A stretch of 64,000 bases of DNA from Mobula hypostoma (Eukaryota), in contig NC_086097.1 in NCBI RefSeq assembly GCF_963921235.1, positions 105,340,001-105,404,000 of the forward strand. Direction: 5' to 3'. Position 1 is the stretch's first letter. Each line of letters starts with the position of its first letter. Of this stretch, positions 1 to 14,161 are shown one piece after another. Both the position numbers and the translations under genes were made by a program. The notes beneath the pieces were generated by a model. It made no database searches. It saw nothing but the letters and a program-made list of their open reading frames with translations, and was not told where the DNA came from.

Positions 1-329
1 AATATCATCCCTGTATCAGCTTCAGCCTCTGTCAGAATTCCCTATGTCATTAGCTTGCATTAAACTGTACATAGACTCCTGCTTACTTTTCCTTCATAGG
101 AATGAACCTGATAATCCTTCGCAGTCCCTCGATCTATATCCTTCCTTTGGTTGTCAATTATTCCTGCACTGAGTACTCCACATGTTGTCCCAGTGCCTGT
201 ATATAACTAGCACAGCGTCTATTGGATGGAAATTCTTTGATAAATGTCAACCAAGTGCCTTCCTAAATTCTTGCTGACCTGCATGTTATCTTTAGGTGAT
301 TCTTGTTTAAAGGCATCTCTGCAGAATGG

Positions 330-1120
330 TATAGCATAGGAACCGGCCCTTCGGCTCACAATGTTGTGCTGAACCAAATGATCAAATGAACCCCTCTGCC
401 CATATCCTTTCATTTTCCTCACATTCATGTCCCTATCCAAATGTCACTTAAAAGTCTCTAACGTATCTGCCTCTACCACCACCCCAAGCACCCATCATTC
501 GGTGTAAAAAAAAACACCTTGCCACTCAAATTACACAGTCTGGTTTTAGACATTTCAACCCTGGGAAAAAGATACTGACTGTCTACTTTATCTGTGCCTC
601 TCAATCTTATAAACCAGCAAATAGATGATCTCTCAGCCTCCACTGCTCTAGAAAAAAAATCATTTGTCTAACCTCTTGTTATAGCACACGCTCTCCAGGC
701 AGCATCTTATTAAACCTCTTCTGCACCCTCACCAAAGCCTTGATGTCCTCCCTGTAATGGGGCAACTAGAAATGTATGCAATACTCCAGATGCGGCCTAA
801 CAAGTTTGTAAAGCTGCAAAATTGCTGTCTTTTGAACCCAGTGTCTTGCTAATAAAGACAAGCATGCCATATGCCTTCTCAACCACCCTATCAACCTGAA
901 CTACTTTCAGGGAGCTACGAACTTGAACACCAAGATCCCTCTGATCATCAACAATGTTAAGGGTCTTACCCTTAACAGCGTACTGTCTCTTGACATTTGA
1001 CCTACCAAGGTGCCACATTTCACATTTGGCCAGGTTAAACTCCATCTACCATTTCTGCACCCATATCTACAACTGGGCTACGTCCCATTGGTATTCTTTG
1101 CCGGTCTTCTACACTATCCA
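330..1120 (-). mobile_element. CR1-clade LINE 3' fragment
   Basis: ORF 797..1045 (MEFNLAKC..HLGRSN..QRDLGVQV) is a typical CR1 RT C-terminal segment; CR1-like 3' end near 330. Boundaries approximate. Confidence 0.8.
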
Positions 1121-2224
1121 ATGACCCCTGTACTATGGTGCTCTGGTCAGTTTGCTGATCTTTTCTGCAGTTACTCCCCTTTCCCTTCTTACTGATAAAT
1201 TCTGCACTGTCAGAACATGGTGTCAGGGTAACTTCCTCTTCCCTTTTTCATTTCAGTGATCGAATCCTGGAGTCCAACTCATCAACTCTGGGTTCCTTGA
1301 GTTGCAGACACTTGCAACAGATGTTGACTTCATAGATCCCAATAGTTGTCAGCACACTGATACTGTGACTTCTACACACCAGCTATCTTGCCATCACAAA
1401 ATTAATTTAAATTATTACTTAATTATTTAGATGTAAAGTCCCTGACCTCCAGAATCCACAATTTGCATACTGCACGGTGTGCCAAAACTCGATCTCTCAG
1501 TGTACGTTTTCCATTTCAATATTGTTTGGAATGTTCCTGTTGAAACTGCTTCCACAATCCAATAATAAGATCATCAAATTATAACAGTTCTCTCCAATAA
1601 TAAGATCGCCTCTTTCTGATGATTCAGTTGATTATCTTTGATTTGTAGATTGCCAATCCCCCAGTCAAGAAATTTCTCCTTTATCAGAATCTGGTGTAGG
1701 ATTCGAAAACCACAGGCCATTAATATTGCATACTTCAGTGATAATCCAACAAGGTATCGCTGAGTATCAGAGCAGATGGGATGTGGAACTCTCTACTACA
1801 AGGGTGTTGCACATCAATGGGTGCTAGATATATATATTTGACAAAGTTCGGACAGGACAATATGCTGATTGGATGAACAAAGGCATTAACATTTAATTTG
1901 GGTTCTCATCTGTTCAGGTGAAAATTAAATGTTTCAATTGATGTGTGTTTAATAGAACTCCAGTGTATCAAACAGTAATCTTCCATATATCAACCACAGC
2001 ATGTCTTCTTCACTTCTCAGAAGTAAATACAAGCACTTATGGAACAAAACTCTTTGAGATTTCACACTTAACATATAAATAAATTGTGCTCTAATTCGTA
2101 CATGGTTAGCACAGACACCACCGTGTAAGAGTGGATCTTTCCTATAACTCTGATGTTGGGAAAGTACACAATTTTGTGTCGGTGTGTTTCCCTGGCCTGA
2201 GATTGACTCATGCTTTCTTTGCAG

Positions 2225-2273
2225 AGCAGGGATGCTGGTGGTAAGACCCTAATCATGCTGGATGAACAGGGAG
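2225..2273 (+). CDS. SNAP23: SNAP23 internal coding exon (49 bp; SRDAGGKTLIMLDEQG), includes the Qb zero-layer Gln
   Basis: ttctttgcag acceptor and gtgagt donor; matches SNAP25/23 SKDAGIRTLVMLDEQG; phase joins the next exon. Confidence 0.93.
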
Positions 2274-2751
2274 GTGAGTACACTGCTCCCCTTACTAATC
2301 ATTAGTGTGGCCCCCAGGAGGGAGAGGGTCCCTGTAGAGATGGGAGAACGGTAACAGCAGCCTCGTCGGTGAGCTGGCAGCCACTGGGCTGCGTGGCTAA
2401 TGTTGGTAGATTGGGGATATGTGCTTGTATTCTAACCCTTTGGGACAGGGCAATGGGAAAGAGAGGAAGTTCCCACTGGGCTCATTGTCCACATACTGCA
2501 TCGAGCAAGCCTAAACTTGCTGAGGTGTAGCCACTGTAGAGAATAGGATCCTAAGCTGCATGGGCAATTCCTGATATAGGAGGGGCAGGTGTCAGGTGGC
2601 ATTAAGTGGGTGGGGGTGGGGGGGGGAAGAGTTCTTCCTATTGGGCTTCACGTGCCTGTACTCTGAAGATTCATACAGGTGCAGACAAGTAGGCAAGAGC
2701 TGGACAGCCATACAACACCTGATCTGGCGCTTTGTGCTGTGGTTTGTTTAG

Positions 2752-2869
2752 AACAACTGAAGCGTATTGATGAGGGGCTGGATCAGATCAATCAGGACAT
2801 GAAAGAAGCAGAGAAAAACCTGACTGAGCTCAGCAAGTGTTGTGGCCTCTGTGTGTGTCCCTGCAGCAG
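2752..2869 (+). CDS. SNAP23: SNAP23 coding exon (118 bp; [39 protein letters not shown])
   Basis: tttag/gtaggt splice sites; five-Cys palmitoylation cluster CCGLCVCPC is SNAP23-type; adjacent to LRRC57 as in human. Confidence 0.96.
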
Positions 2870-3299
2870 GTAGGTGTGCTGTACACATCTAGAAAATGGC
2901 TGTAGCCACCCCCATCTCACTGTATACTTACTCTGTACTTGGGATATTACTACAAGCCACTGACTGCCATTGTGTAGAAAGCCCCACAGCTACTTGCACA
3001 GCAAGCTCTCACTAACAGGCTGACTACAGAACTACTTTTTTAAAAAAGCCAAGTTTAAAGTTGGCTAAAGTTTCAGGTGCAAAATTGCACTTCACAGCTG
3101 GTAAAGAGGAAAAACAAGATGGTTTTCAGCAGGGGAGTTGGTGGGGTAGGGATGGGTAGAATCTAGTGATTACATTGGTGAGACCAGCTGAGTTAATGGG
3201 TGAAGTTGTTTTCTCTCTACACCTCTGTTCTGCATTGGGATGGTGTGATGACTCTCCTTCCTTGAACAGAGGCCCAACCAGCTCCCCTCAACCAACACT

Positions 3300-3750
3300 C
3301 ACTTAATATGCATCCTTTGAATTCCCCATTCCACTCCAACATTGACCTGAGGTGTGTGGCCTCCTGCATTGTACACCGCGGCCCAACCCAGCTTGAAGAG
3401 CACCTCATCTTATATCTACTAATACAGCCTGATAGTGAGTCATCCAGCTTAAGGTAACTGGCCATTTCTGAGCATCCCCATCCTGCGGCTTGATCTGTTG
3501 GGCGTATCCCACAGTATTACTTTCAACAACACATGAGGCAAGCAAGGAACCTCAATGTGCTTGAAACCACACTTGTTATCACAGATAATCCCCATCACTT
3601 CCCCACATTTTCAACTGAGAACTAACTTTTTTCTTTTCCCTCAGACCTGAAACATTAATTGTTCCTCTTTCCCTAGATGCTGCCTGACCTGCTGAGTGCT
3701 TTCAGCATTTTCTAGTTTTATTTCATATTTCCAGCACTGCAGTTGTTTGA
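3300..3750 (+). mobile_element. Old Penelope-like element 3' fragment
   Basis: Decayed similarity to the endonuclease end and the gatgctgcctgacctgctgag terminus of the 38608-39358 copy. Confidence 0.55.
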
Positions 3751-6739
3751 TTTTCTATTTCTAATAATTTTGGGAGGTAATTATTGGCCAGCGCACCAGG
3801 GATAACCTTTGACTTTTGATTGGGGTCGTCCATCCACCCAGTAGGACAGTCCTTTAAGCCCTAAGTTTAACTTTATGCCCCTATGGCAGGGCATGTGCTC
3901 TGTGCTGCACAGGCCATGCAGCTTAATCTCCAGAATGGGATAGAGTTCTGATTTTTGAAGTTGTCACTGAGGCTCAGCTGACAGTATGCACCTGACTACT
4001 GTGCCTACAGAAAGCTGCCACCATCTGTCCACACAAGGCACTGGTTGATGTCGTTCCAACAACATTCCAGCATTAAAATCATTGGAATATTCCAGAAGGG
4101 CATGAAGCAGTTCAATATACTGCTGTTGTAAAAGTGCAAAAACAGGCTGTCCTTGAGTAAAGAACAGGGTCCGGTTTTGCAGACATCCATAAGTTGATTT
4201 TGTCCAAAAGCCAGTAAATACTCAAAAAAAAACCCTGCAATATGATAACCTTGTCTCCGTAGTACTGAATGGGATTAAAAGCAGATAACACTGACGAAAG
4301 AAAGAACAATTACTAAAACTGGTGAGAGAGACAAATCTTGTTCTGCCATTCATAGAAATAAATGTATGTTCGTTTATCAGACTTTTGTATTTAATGTTAT
4401 GGAGCTTGTTTATAAATTAGGGGTGTCCATAAGTCAGGTGTTCATTACTGGGAATGGCCTGTATCCAACCTATGCTGCACTTGCCAAGTGATTTTGCTTA
4501 ATGTCGATTTTAATATGTAAAGTTGGTGCAAATGTGACACAGGGCAAAATAAAACTTCAAGTGCAGGAGAGTGTGGTCAGTATTGGCGCTCGGAGTGCAG
4601 TGGTGGCTAATGTGTCAGGGGCTGAGCATGACATGTGAGAATTGAGCTCTTGGGTGTGTTGTATGTCAGCAGAAACCACTTTCTGCTGGTTGCTATTTAA
4701 TTGCTTTCCAACAGTCAATGTTTTCTCAATGTTTTGCTCCCATTCTGCATTGATACTAATCAAAGAGTCGATGATGTTAATGCAGTGAGTAACTCTAAGG
4801 AACTGTTTCCTGTAACCCTAGACTCCCAACTAACACTGCACTGATAATGTCTTCTTTGAGTTCATTTTCTTGCTGTCTCTTTTACTCTTTCCTCACCCCT
4901 CCACCCTACCTCCTTTGTTCTGTGCTTCATTCGATGGAGATTAACCCTAATGTAATCCTGAGTGGAAAGGGAGCCAGACAGTGATATACACAGTGGATTC
5001 TAGCATGGAAAACATGGACGATGTGGGATCAGCGTTTGCTGTGGTCGGACTGAGTAGGTGATATGTTTAACTGCACGCTGCATGAGCCTGTGTCTGCCTT
5101 TTTCTTTGTGTAAGGCTTGTAATCCTGTCCCTATAAGCATCTCTGTAGTGCCATTTAAATCTTCGGGATGTCCCAAAGGCTTTCTTGACAACGAACTTCT
5201 GTGTGTTAGTTATGTGAAAGCACAGCAGTCTTCTGCAACAGCAACACAATACTCCAGGTTGAGGGTGAATATTTAATGGAACATCAGACAGAACTTTTGC
5301 TTCAAGCAGTATCCACATTCACCTGAGAGAGTCAGGTAGGGCTGGTAGTCATAACTTAAGTACAGAATCAGGTTGTGTTAATGTGTGGAGGGAAGGGGGA
5401 GTTACACCAGTAGCCAAGCTGAAGGGCTTGGAAGTTAGATGGAGATGGTGAAGAGCCAATTAGCATGGTTAGTCTAGACTAGTTTAATTCAGATTTGGTT
5501 AAGTGTAAGGAATTGCATTTTGGAAAGACAAATCATGATAGGACTCAACCCAGTGAATGCCTTATGGAGTGTTGGAGGACAGAGGGATTTACAAGTATAC
5601 GGTTCACTGAAAGCTGAATAGACAGGGTGATGAAGATAACTTTTGGCATGCTGGCCTTCATCAGCTAGGGCATTGAGTATAGGAGGTAGGATATTGTGTT
5701 GCAGTTGTACAGGAGGGGCTTGTATTGGATGAATGTACAGAGTCTTTATCCCAGGGGCTGGGGAATCAAGAATTACAGGGTACCTGCTCTAGTATTGTTT
5801 AGCTGTCAAATCCGAAAGTTAGATGTGATGGGAGTTTGCAGCCTGGATTTGCACCAGGCTCACAGCACTGTAGTGTGTAGCCCTGGTCAGATGTATCCGT
5901 GTGAGACTGGAGGACCATCGATGCTCTGTGGAGTAGCAGTATACATCACAGTACCTTCAGATTGAATACTGCAAAGGTTCATAACCCAAGGACCTGTCCT
6001 CATTTCAGCCTTAAAACATTCTGAATAGCTTTGGGAGAACTGACAGGAAAGGCAGGATCAGAGATTCCACTGCAGTTTTCGACCACACTAGCTGAGACAG
6101 TCTGAACTTAACATTTTAAAAAAAAAAGGTTTAAATTAAGCTTCCTGTGTCTGACAGAGGAGAATATTTGTCTTTGACCCCACCTCACCAAATTCCCCAG
6201 CCTACATTTTGCAAAAACTTCACCCCAGTGGAGGTGTTTCCAGAGATGAAGCTTCCTGCTCTTGCCTTGACCATCACCATCCGCACCCCAGTCCTTCCTC
6301 TTTCTAAGGCCTATTTAGAAAGACAGCCAATCCCCCACCACTTCCAGAACCCCAATCAAAAATCATGATTTGTCCAAACAGATCTGTTCCCAACACTCAG
6401 AAACCTACCTCAGTGGTAGAAATGCTCACATGCCCCATGGCCCACTGTATCCATGTTGACCTTTTGCCCATTTACACCAATTCTACTTGCCCATATAAGG
6501 TATCTACCTTTCTAAAACTTGCATATGTAAGTGTCTGTTTTAATGACTCTGAAATGTAGTGATTGTATCTCATTCCACCACCACCTCTGCACTGAGTTCC
6601 TGATATCAACCATTCTGTTTAAAAATAACAGGCCCTCAGATTGCCTTTGAAGACTGATACTCTCAGGCTTAAACCAATGCCCTTGATGTCTCTCACAATA
6701 AGGCACTAGAGCAGAATTAGGCAGTTTGGCCCATTTAGT

Positions 6740-8522
6740 CTAATAGAAACATAGAAAACATACAGCACAATACAGGCCCTTCGGCCCCCAAAGTTGTGCC
6801 GAACATGTCCCTACCTTAGAAATTACTAGGCTTACCCATAGCCCTCTATTTTTCTAAGCTCCATGTACCTATCCAAAGGTCTCTTAAAAGACCCTATCGT
6901 ATCCGCCTCCACCACCATTGCCGGCAGCCCATTCCAGGCACTCACCACTCTGAGTAAAAAAAATTACCTCTGACATCTCCTCTGTACCTACTCCCCAGCA
7001 CCTTAAACCTGTGTCCTCTTGTGGCAACCTTTTCAGCCCTGGGAAAAAGCCTCTGACTATCCACATGATCAATGCCTCTCATAGTCTTATACACCTCTAT
7101 CAGATCACTTCTCACCCTCCATCGATCTAAGGAGAAAAGGCTGAGTTCACTCAACCTATTTCATAAGACATGCTCCCCAATGCAAGCAACATCCTTGTAA
7201 ATCTCCTCTGCACCCTTTCTATTGCTTCCACATCCTTCCCGTAGTGAGGCGACCAGAACTGAGCACAGTACTCCAAGTGGTGTCTGACCAGGGTCCTATA
7301 TAGCTGCAACATTACCTCTCGGCTCCTAAATTCAATTCCACGATTGATGAAGGCTAATACACCATATGACTTCTTAACCACAGAGTCAACCTGCGCAGCT
7401 GCTTTGAGCATCCTATGGCCTCGGACCCCAAGATCCCTCTGATCCTCCACACTACCAAGAGTCTTACCATTAATACTATATTCTGCCATCATATTTGACC
7501 TACCAAAATGAACAACTTCACACTTATTTGGGTTGAACTCCATCTGCCACTTCTCAGCCCAGTTTTGCATCCTATCAGTGTCCCACTATAACCTCTGACA
7601 GCCCTCCACACTATCCACAACACCTCCATCCTTTGTGTCATCAGCAAACTTACTAGCCCATCCCTCCACTTCCTCATCCAGGTCATTTATAAAAATCACA
7701 AAGAGTAAGGGTCCCAGAACAGATCCCTGAGGCACACCACTGGTCACCGACTTCCATGCAGAAAATGACCTGTCTACAACCACTCTGCCTTTTTTGGCAA
7801 GCCAGTTCTGGATCCACAAAGCAATGTCCCCTTGGATCCCATGCCTCCTTACTTTCTCAATAAGCCTTGCAATCGGGTACCTAATCAAATACTTTACTGA
7901 AATTCATATACACTACATCTACTGCTCTTTCATCAATGTGTTTAGTCACATCGTCAAAAAATTCGATCAGGCTCATAAGGCAGACCTGCCCTTGACAAAG
8001 CCATGCTGACTATTCCTAATGATATTATACCTCTCCAAATGTTCATAAATCCTGCCTCTCAGGATCTTCTCCATCAACTTACCAACCACTGAAGTAAGAC
8101 TCACTGTTCTATAATTTCCGGGGCTATCCCTACTCCCTTTCTTGAATAAGGGAACAACATCTGCAACCCTCCAGTCCTCCAGAACCTCTCCCGTCCCCAT
8201 TGATCATTGCCAGAGGCTCAGCAATCTCCTCCCTCACCTCCCACAGTAGCCTAGGACATCTCATCCAGTCCCGGTGACTTATCCAACTTGATGCTTTCCA
8301 AAAGCTCCAACACATCCTCCTTAATATCTACATGCTCAAGCTTTTCAGTCTGCCGCAAGTCAACACTACAATCACCAAGATCCTTTTCCATAGTGAATAC
8401 TGAAGTAAAATATTCATTAAGTACCTCTGCTATTTCCTCCGGTTCCATACACACTTTCCCACTGTCACACTTGATAGGTCCTATTCTTTCACATCTTATC
8501 CTCTTGCTCTTCACATACTTGT
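6740..8522 (-). mobile_element. CR1-clade LINE, 5'-truncated and frameshifted
   Basis: Consecutive ORF pieces with [21 protein letters not shown] and HLEYCAQFWSP; tail ctatgtttctatt. Confidence 0.92.
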
Positions 8523-9089
8523 GCTGGGATTCTCCACTGGGATAAACATCTACTCTACCATCTCATCATGGCTGATTGATTATCCCTTTCAACCCCAGTC
8601 TGCCATCTTCTCCCAGTAACATTTGATGCCCTTACTTATCAAGAACCTATCAACCTCTGCTTTAAATATACCCAATGACTTGGCCTCCACAGCCATCAGA
8701 GGCAGTGAATTCCAGGTGCCCCAACTTCCAGCTAAAGAAATTCTTCCTCAACTCTGTTCTAAGAGGATGTCCTTGTATTCTGCGTCTGTGCCCCCACTAC
8801 AGAAAACATCCACTCTATCTAGGCTTTTCAATATTCAATAGGTTTTAATAAGATGCACACCTCATTCTTCTGAACCCCAGCAAGTACAGGCCCAGAGCCA
8901 TCAAACACTCCTCATATGTTAACCCTTTTATTCCTGGGATCACCTCCTCCAGACCCTCTCAAATGCCGGCACATTCATTTGCAGATAAGGGGCCCAAAGC
9001 TGCTCTTAAGACTCCCACTGCAATCTGACCAGTACCTTATAAAGCCTTAGCATTGCTTCCTTGCTTTCATATTCTAGAATGTGAATTGA

Positions 9090-11320
9090 TTATAATTCAG
9101 CATTCAACACAATCATGCCCGCAAGTTTTAATCAACAAGCTTCAGAATCTGGTCCCCTGTATTGTACCTCCCTCTGCAACTGGATCCTTGCCTTCCTCGC
9201 AAGGAGACCACAGTCAGGGCAGATCAGAAATAACATCTCCTCCTCACTGACAATCAACAACTGTTGCACATCAAAAGATGTGTGCTTAGCCCAATGCTCT
9301 ACTCTTTCAACACCCACAATTGTGTGGCTAGGCATAGCTCAAACACAGTCAAACACAATTTGCCAATGGTGCAATTTTTGGCAGAATTTCAGATGGTGAC
9401 AAGAGATACATAGAAACCAAGAAGATCAGCTGGTTCAGTGGTGTCACAGCAACAGCCTTGTACTCGTCAGTAAGATCAAGGAATTGATTGCGGACTTCAG
9501 GAAGAGGAAGTTGAAGGAATACACACAAGTCCTTATCGAAGGATCAGAAGTGGAAAGGGTGAGCAGTTTCAAGCTTCTCAGCATCAACATCTCAGAAGAT
9601 GCATCTTGAGCCCAACATATTGATGCAGTTACAAAGAAGGCACAACAGTGGTTATATTTCATTAAGAGTTTGAGGAGAAGTGGTATGTCACCAAAGACCT
9701 CTCAAATTTCTACAGATGTACTGTAGAGAGCATTCTAACTGGCTGCATCATCAGCTGGAATGGAGGGACCAATGCACAGAATCGGAAAAAGCTGCAGAAA
9801 GTTGTAAAGTCAACCAGCTCCATTATGGGTACTGGCCCTTCCTAGCATTGAGAACATCTTCGGGGTACTTGGAGACTAATGATAAAATAAATCGAAGTCA
9901 GCATGGTTTCTGTAAAGGGAAATCTTGCCTGTCAAATCTGTTGGAATTCTTCAAAGAAGTAACCAGCAGGGTGGACAAAGGAAAAGCAGTGAATGTCATT
10001 TACTTGGATTTTCAGAAGGCATTTGATAAGGTGCATCACATGAGACTGCTAACAAGATAAAATCCTATGGTGTTACAGGAAAGACACTGGCATGGACAGA
10101 GGGATGGCTGACAGGAAGCAGTGAGTGGGAATAAAAGGGGCCTTTTCTGGTTGCCTGCCAGTGACTAGTGGTGTTCCTCAGGGGTCAGTATTGGAACCAC
10201 TACTTTTTACATTGTTTGTCAATGATTTAGATAATGGAACTTATGGCTTTGTGGCAAAGTTTGTGGATGATATGAAGATAGGTGGAGGGATGGTTAGTGC
10301 TGAGGAAGCAATGCGATTGCAACAGGACTTAGACTAATTGGAAGAATGGACAAAAAAGTAGCTGATGGAATACAATGTTGGGAAATGTGTGATATGCATT
10401 TTGGTGAAAGGAACAACAGTGCAGCCTACTATCTAACTGGGAAGGTGGTTGAAACAGAGGTGCAAAGGAGTCCTCGTTCAAGAGTCCCAGAAGGTTAATT
10501 TACAGGTTGAGTCTGTAGTAGAGAAGGTAATTGCAATGGTGGCATTTATTTCAAGAGGAATAGAATGTAAAAGCAAGGAGATAATGCTGATGCTTTATAA
10601 GACACTAGTCAGACTGCACTTGGAGAGTTGTCAACACTTTTGGGCCTTATATCTCCTGGAAGGATGTGTTGTTGTTGGAGAGAGTTCAGAGGAGGTACTT
10701 GAGGATGATTATGGGAACGAAGGGGTTAACTTATGAGAAGGATTTGGCAACTTTGGGCTGTACTCTCTGGAATTTAGAAGAATGTCAAAGGATCTCATTG
10801 AAGCTTACTGAATGTTGAAAGGACTAGATAGGGTGGATGTGGAGAGGATGTTTCCTCCAGTGGGGGTATCCAGAACTAGAGAGCACAGCCTCAAAACTGA
10901 GGGGTGACCTTTTAGAATGGAGGCAAGGTCAGGGCATCAAAGGATAGGGTGAAAAGGCAGGCGTATGGGGTTGAGTGGGATCCGAGATCAGCCATGATGG
11001 ACTGGTGGGGCAGACTCAATGGGCTGAATGGCCTAATTCTGCTCCTGTGTCTTATGACGATGCCTCAAAAAGGCAGCATCGATCAGTAAGGAGCCCCATC
11101 TCCCAGGACGTGCCCTGTCCTCATTGGCGCTAGAAGATCCAGGCTAACAACACTTCCCCTCTGCCATCGGATTTCCGAATGGTCTACTTATTTTCCCTTT
11201 CTTTTTACACTATAATTTTTATATCTATATTTTATGTCTATGTTTATATGTACATGTCCTGTTGCCGCAAAACAAGAAATTTCATGACATACCAGTGATA
11301 AGTATTAAAGCTGCTTCTGA
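9090..11320 (+). mobile_element. Rex1/Babar-like LINE fragment interrupted by a CR1 (9860-11058)
   Basis: Similar to the DUF1891-type RT end at 37548-38006; resumes at ~11060 after the CR1. Confidence 0.65.
9860..11058 (+). mobile_element. CR1-clade LINE fragment
   Basis: SQHGFCKGKSCLSNLLEFF, YLDFQKAFDKV and SGVPQGSVL motifs; 3' end ctaattctgctcctgtgtcttatg. Confidence 0.88.
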
Positions 11321-11710
11321 ATGTTTACATTGCATTTGTCTTCCTTCCTTACCACTGACTCAACCTGGAAGTTAACCTTCAAGGAGCCTTGTATGAAGAC
11401 TCCCAAGTCCCTTTTCACCTTTAATTTCTGAATTTACTCCCTACTTAGGAAATAGCCGATGCCTTTATTGCTTCTACCGAAGTGAATGACCGTGCATGTC
11501 CCTGCACTGTATGCTACTTTTTTGCCCATTCTCTTAATCAATCTACATCCTTTTGCAGACTCCCTGCTTCCTCAACACTGCCTGCCCCTCCACTTATCTT
11601 TGCAAATTTGGTCACAAAGCCAACATTTCTGTAATCCATTGACATACAGTGGCATGCAAAAGTTTGGGCACCCCAGTCAAAATTTCTGTTACTGTGAATA
11701 GCTAAGCGAG

Positions 11711-12573
11711 TGTTACGTACCCCGTAACTGGGTTGCCAAACCAGCAGAAATGGATCACTCAGTTGGAGTCTGGATTACTAGAACTAAGAAAGTTTTATTA
11801 AAGAAACAAGCAACACAGTAATCGAAAGGATAATAAATGCAACAGTTCAGCGATGATAAACACACATGTGCACAGAATTAAGATAACAGCATCAATCAAG
11901 CTCTTATCGTTGTCTAGGGATAAATGACCAATTTCAAAGTGACACAAAGTTCAGTCCAATTTAGTTCAGTTCGCAGTAATCGTTGCCATGGCGATGGACA
12001 ACGTGGTGGGAGAGAGAGAGAGAGAGAACGGGAATGACTGATCATTCAGAAACGGCTTCCACTCACAGACCGGCGATAATTGCTCACAAGCAACTTTTGG
12101 GCAGGTCCTTGGTGATGTCACCTGAGGTCACCGACTGTGACCCCTCCTCCAGATGCGGTTGATCCTCTGCAGTGAACCCGGCACCCAGGCAAGGGCGGAC
12201 ACACACCGGGTTCCCGCTGATCGTACCTTTCCACCCTGTCCGTTGTCCGGTACTTCCCACTGACTCGTGAGAGGCGCACCGCTTCCAGGGTCTCGTTACC
12301 TCGGGTGTCGTGTGTCCTGCCTTAGCGAACCTGTCCCTTTTTATCCCCCTGCTGGGGTATCGCCGGTCCATCACTTCAAACAGTTCAGGGTTCAAAGGGG
12401 GAGCCGCTCCAGACAGCTCTCTCTCCCCCGTCCCTTCATTACACATCTCCAGACGCTGCTTCATTGTTCCTTATCTCTCCTTCCCCTGAGGGCAGGTGGC
12501 AGACCACTTGCTGATGTCACTGATGCTAACCCAGGCCAGCAAATATCTTAATTTTACGTGTATTCTCGTCACA
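11711..12573 (-). repeat. 3' LTR
   Basis: Near-identical to 15720-16582; abuts the PPT. Confidence 0.95.
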
Positions 12574-12585
12574 CTTCCCCCCTTT
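12574..12585 (-). promoter_or_regulatory. Polypurine tract (aaaggggggaag)
   Basis: Purine run immediately upstream of the 3' LTR on the minus strand. Confidence 0.85.
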
Positions 12586-12745
12586 AAGGATTTTTACCGG
12601 GAGGTAAAATTACAAACATGAATACATTATTTGATACACACACAAATATACATCTTTATCAGCTATTTGGCTAACACAGCGAGTTTGAAGTTGTCAACAC
12701 CTTGCCAGACAGTCATCACATTTTCTGTTCCTTTTATATGTGTTA

Positions 12746-14161
12746 TTAATAATCCCTTCGACCAGGCTCCAACTCAGCAAACTTCATAGTGGCCAAAAAC
12801 ACTGATGAATTGCGATCAATGTAACCTCTCATTTGGCTTTGTCCCGGACCACAATAACAAGGGTCGTCCCATTCCAACTCAGTTTTCTCTCGCAAGGGCT
12901 TAGTAGGAGGGGGACGGGTATTGACCGCAGAGTTATTGCAAAACTTCCTGCAGTACCCCACCATCTCCAAGAGCCTTCTGAGGGCCCTCTTGTCTGTCGG
13001 GGTTGGGAGGTCAGCGATAGCCTGCACTGCAGCTTGCATCGCTGCCAGCTGCCCCTGTGTCACCACAATTCCCAGGTAAGTGACCCTCGTGTGGCCGAAT
13101 TCATTTTTTTCAAGGTTCACTATCAAGCTGGCTTCAGACAGCCGTATTAAATTGCCAATACACACCTCTGTGTTCATCAGCTCTTTAGTCACTGAATTAC
13201 TCATTATATATGGGTGTTGTTTACTAGGCTGACCTATTGTAACAGACATCACCCAACGTCCCAGTTCTTTGCATTGCCTCGGGACAATCAAACACACGGG
13301 TGCGAGTCGTTTAATTACTTCTTCTAAAGATTCGCTTTGTTCGGGGATTAAGGGAGAGACCTTATCAGTAGACCTGGCCAAAACAATAGCCTTCTCCCAT
13401 CTGATCGATCCCATACTAATCTTTTCAAAATGGTTTTTTCCTCTTATCAGGGGGCCCCTAGCTTCATTGATTTCCACGCTAACACCGACTAGGTTTGTTA
13501 GTATATCAAAAGCCAGTGACCGTCTCAGTTCGCGTCGGTCATGATCAATAACATTCTTCCCCCTGGGCAGCCGGTAAATCTCTTTCATGATTCCACCAAC
13601 TGTTTCCTCCAGCACCGCAAAATGTCCACCGAGGGGTACCTCGTGGGCCATGTTAAAAACCTCATCCCCATAACTCTTTTGCACCACCCCCCATTCCTCA
13701 TCTGCGGGTACTGTACTTGATTTCTCTTTTTTCCTTAGCACTTCCTCCTCCACACAATAGCCTACTTGTTCCCTTGTTAAAGCTGTGTCAGAGAGAGCTG
13801 TCTCTGCCAAAACCATCAGCCCCTCGTCTCGCTCCTGCGTCTGCACAAATTCTTTCCTGGCTACTGCTACGTCCGTCCCAGCTCCCTCACTACCTCTTGT
13901 CTCACTACACCCTGTCTCATACAAGGTTGGCAGAAACGTTTCAGCTAAATTCACTATCGCGGTCCCGTGATGAACCTGTGAGTCCATGGGCGGGGCCTCA
14001 ATGCTGGCAGGCTGACCTGTTAATCTCACGCCTGGGAACACGATTCCTCCGGCGATGTCATTACCGAGCAAGACTTCCACGTCTTTCATCGGTAATTCGG
14101 ACCTCACCCCGATCGTGACTAGTCCAGAGACCAGGTTGCTTTGTAAGTGTATCTGGTGCAA
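12746..14161 (-). pseudogene. Collapsed pol ORF: protease C-terminus, integrase Zn-binding remnant and RT thumb remnant
   Basis: VEVLLGNDIAGG (PR), AHEVPLGGHF (IN HH) and VTYLGIVV..LPTPTDKRALRRLLEMVGYCRKF (RT); no IN DDE core, YxDD or RNase H seen. Confidence 0.8.

Noticed and set aside
2752..2869. SNAP25 identity, or a duplicated 5a/5b-type exon
   Set aside because: Five-Cys cluster, linker and LRRC57/HAUS2 synteny favour SNAP23; no second copy of the exon seen.
4666..4687. 9-bp hairpin cagcagaaa/tttctgctg
   Set aside because: Too short to distinguish from chance.
12084..12464. 126-aa ORF in both LTRs
   Set aside because: Duplicated only because the LTRs are; the copies differ by frameshifts; no recognisable domain.
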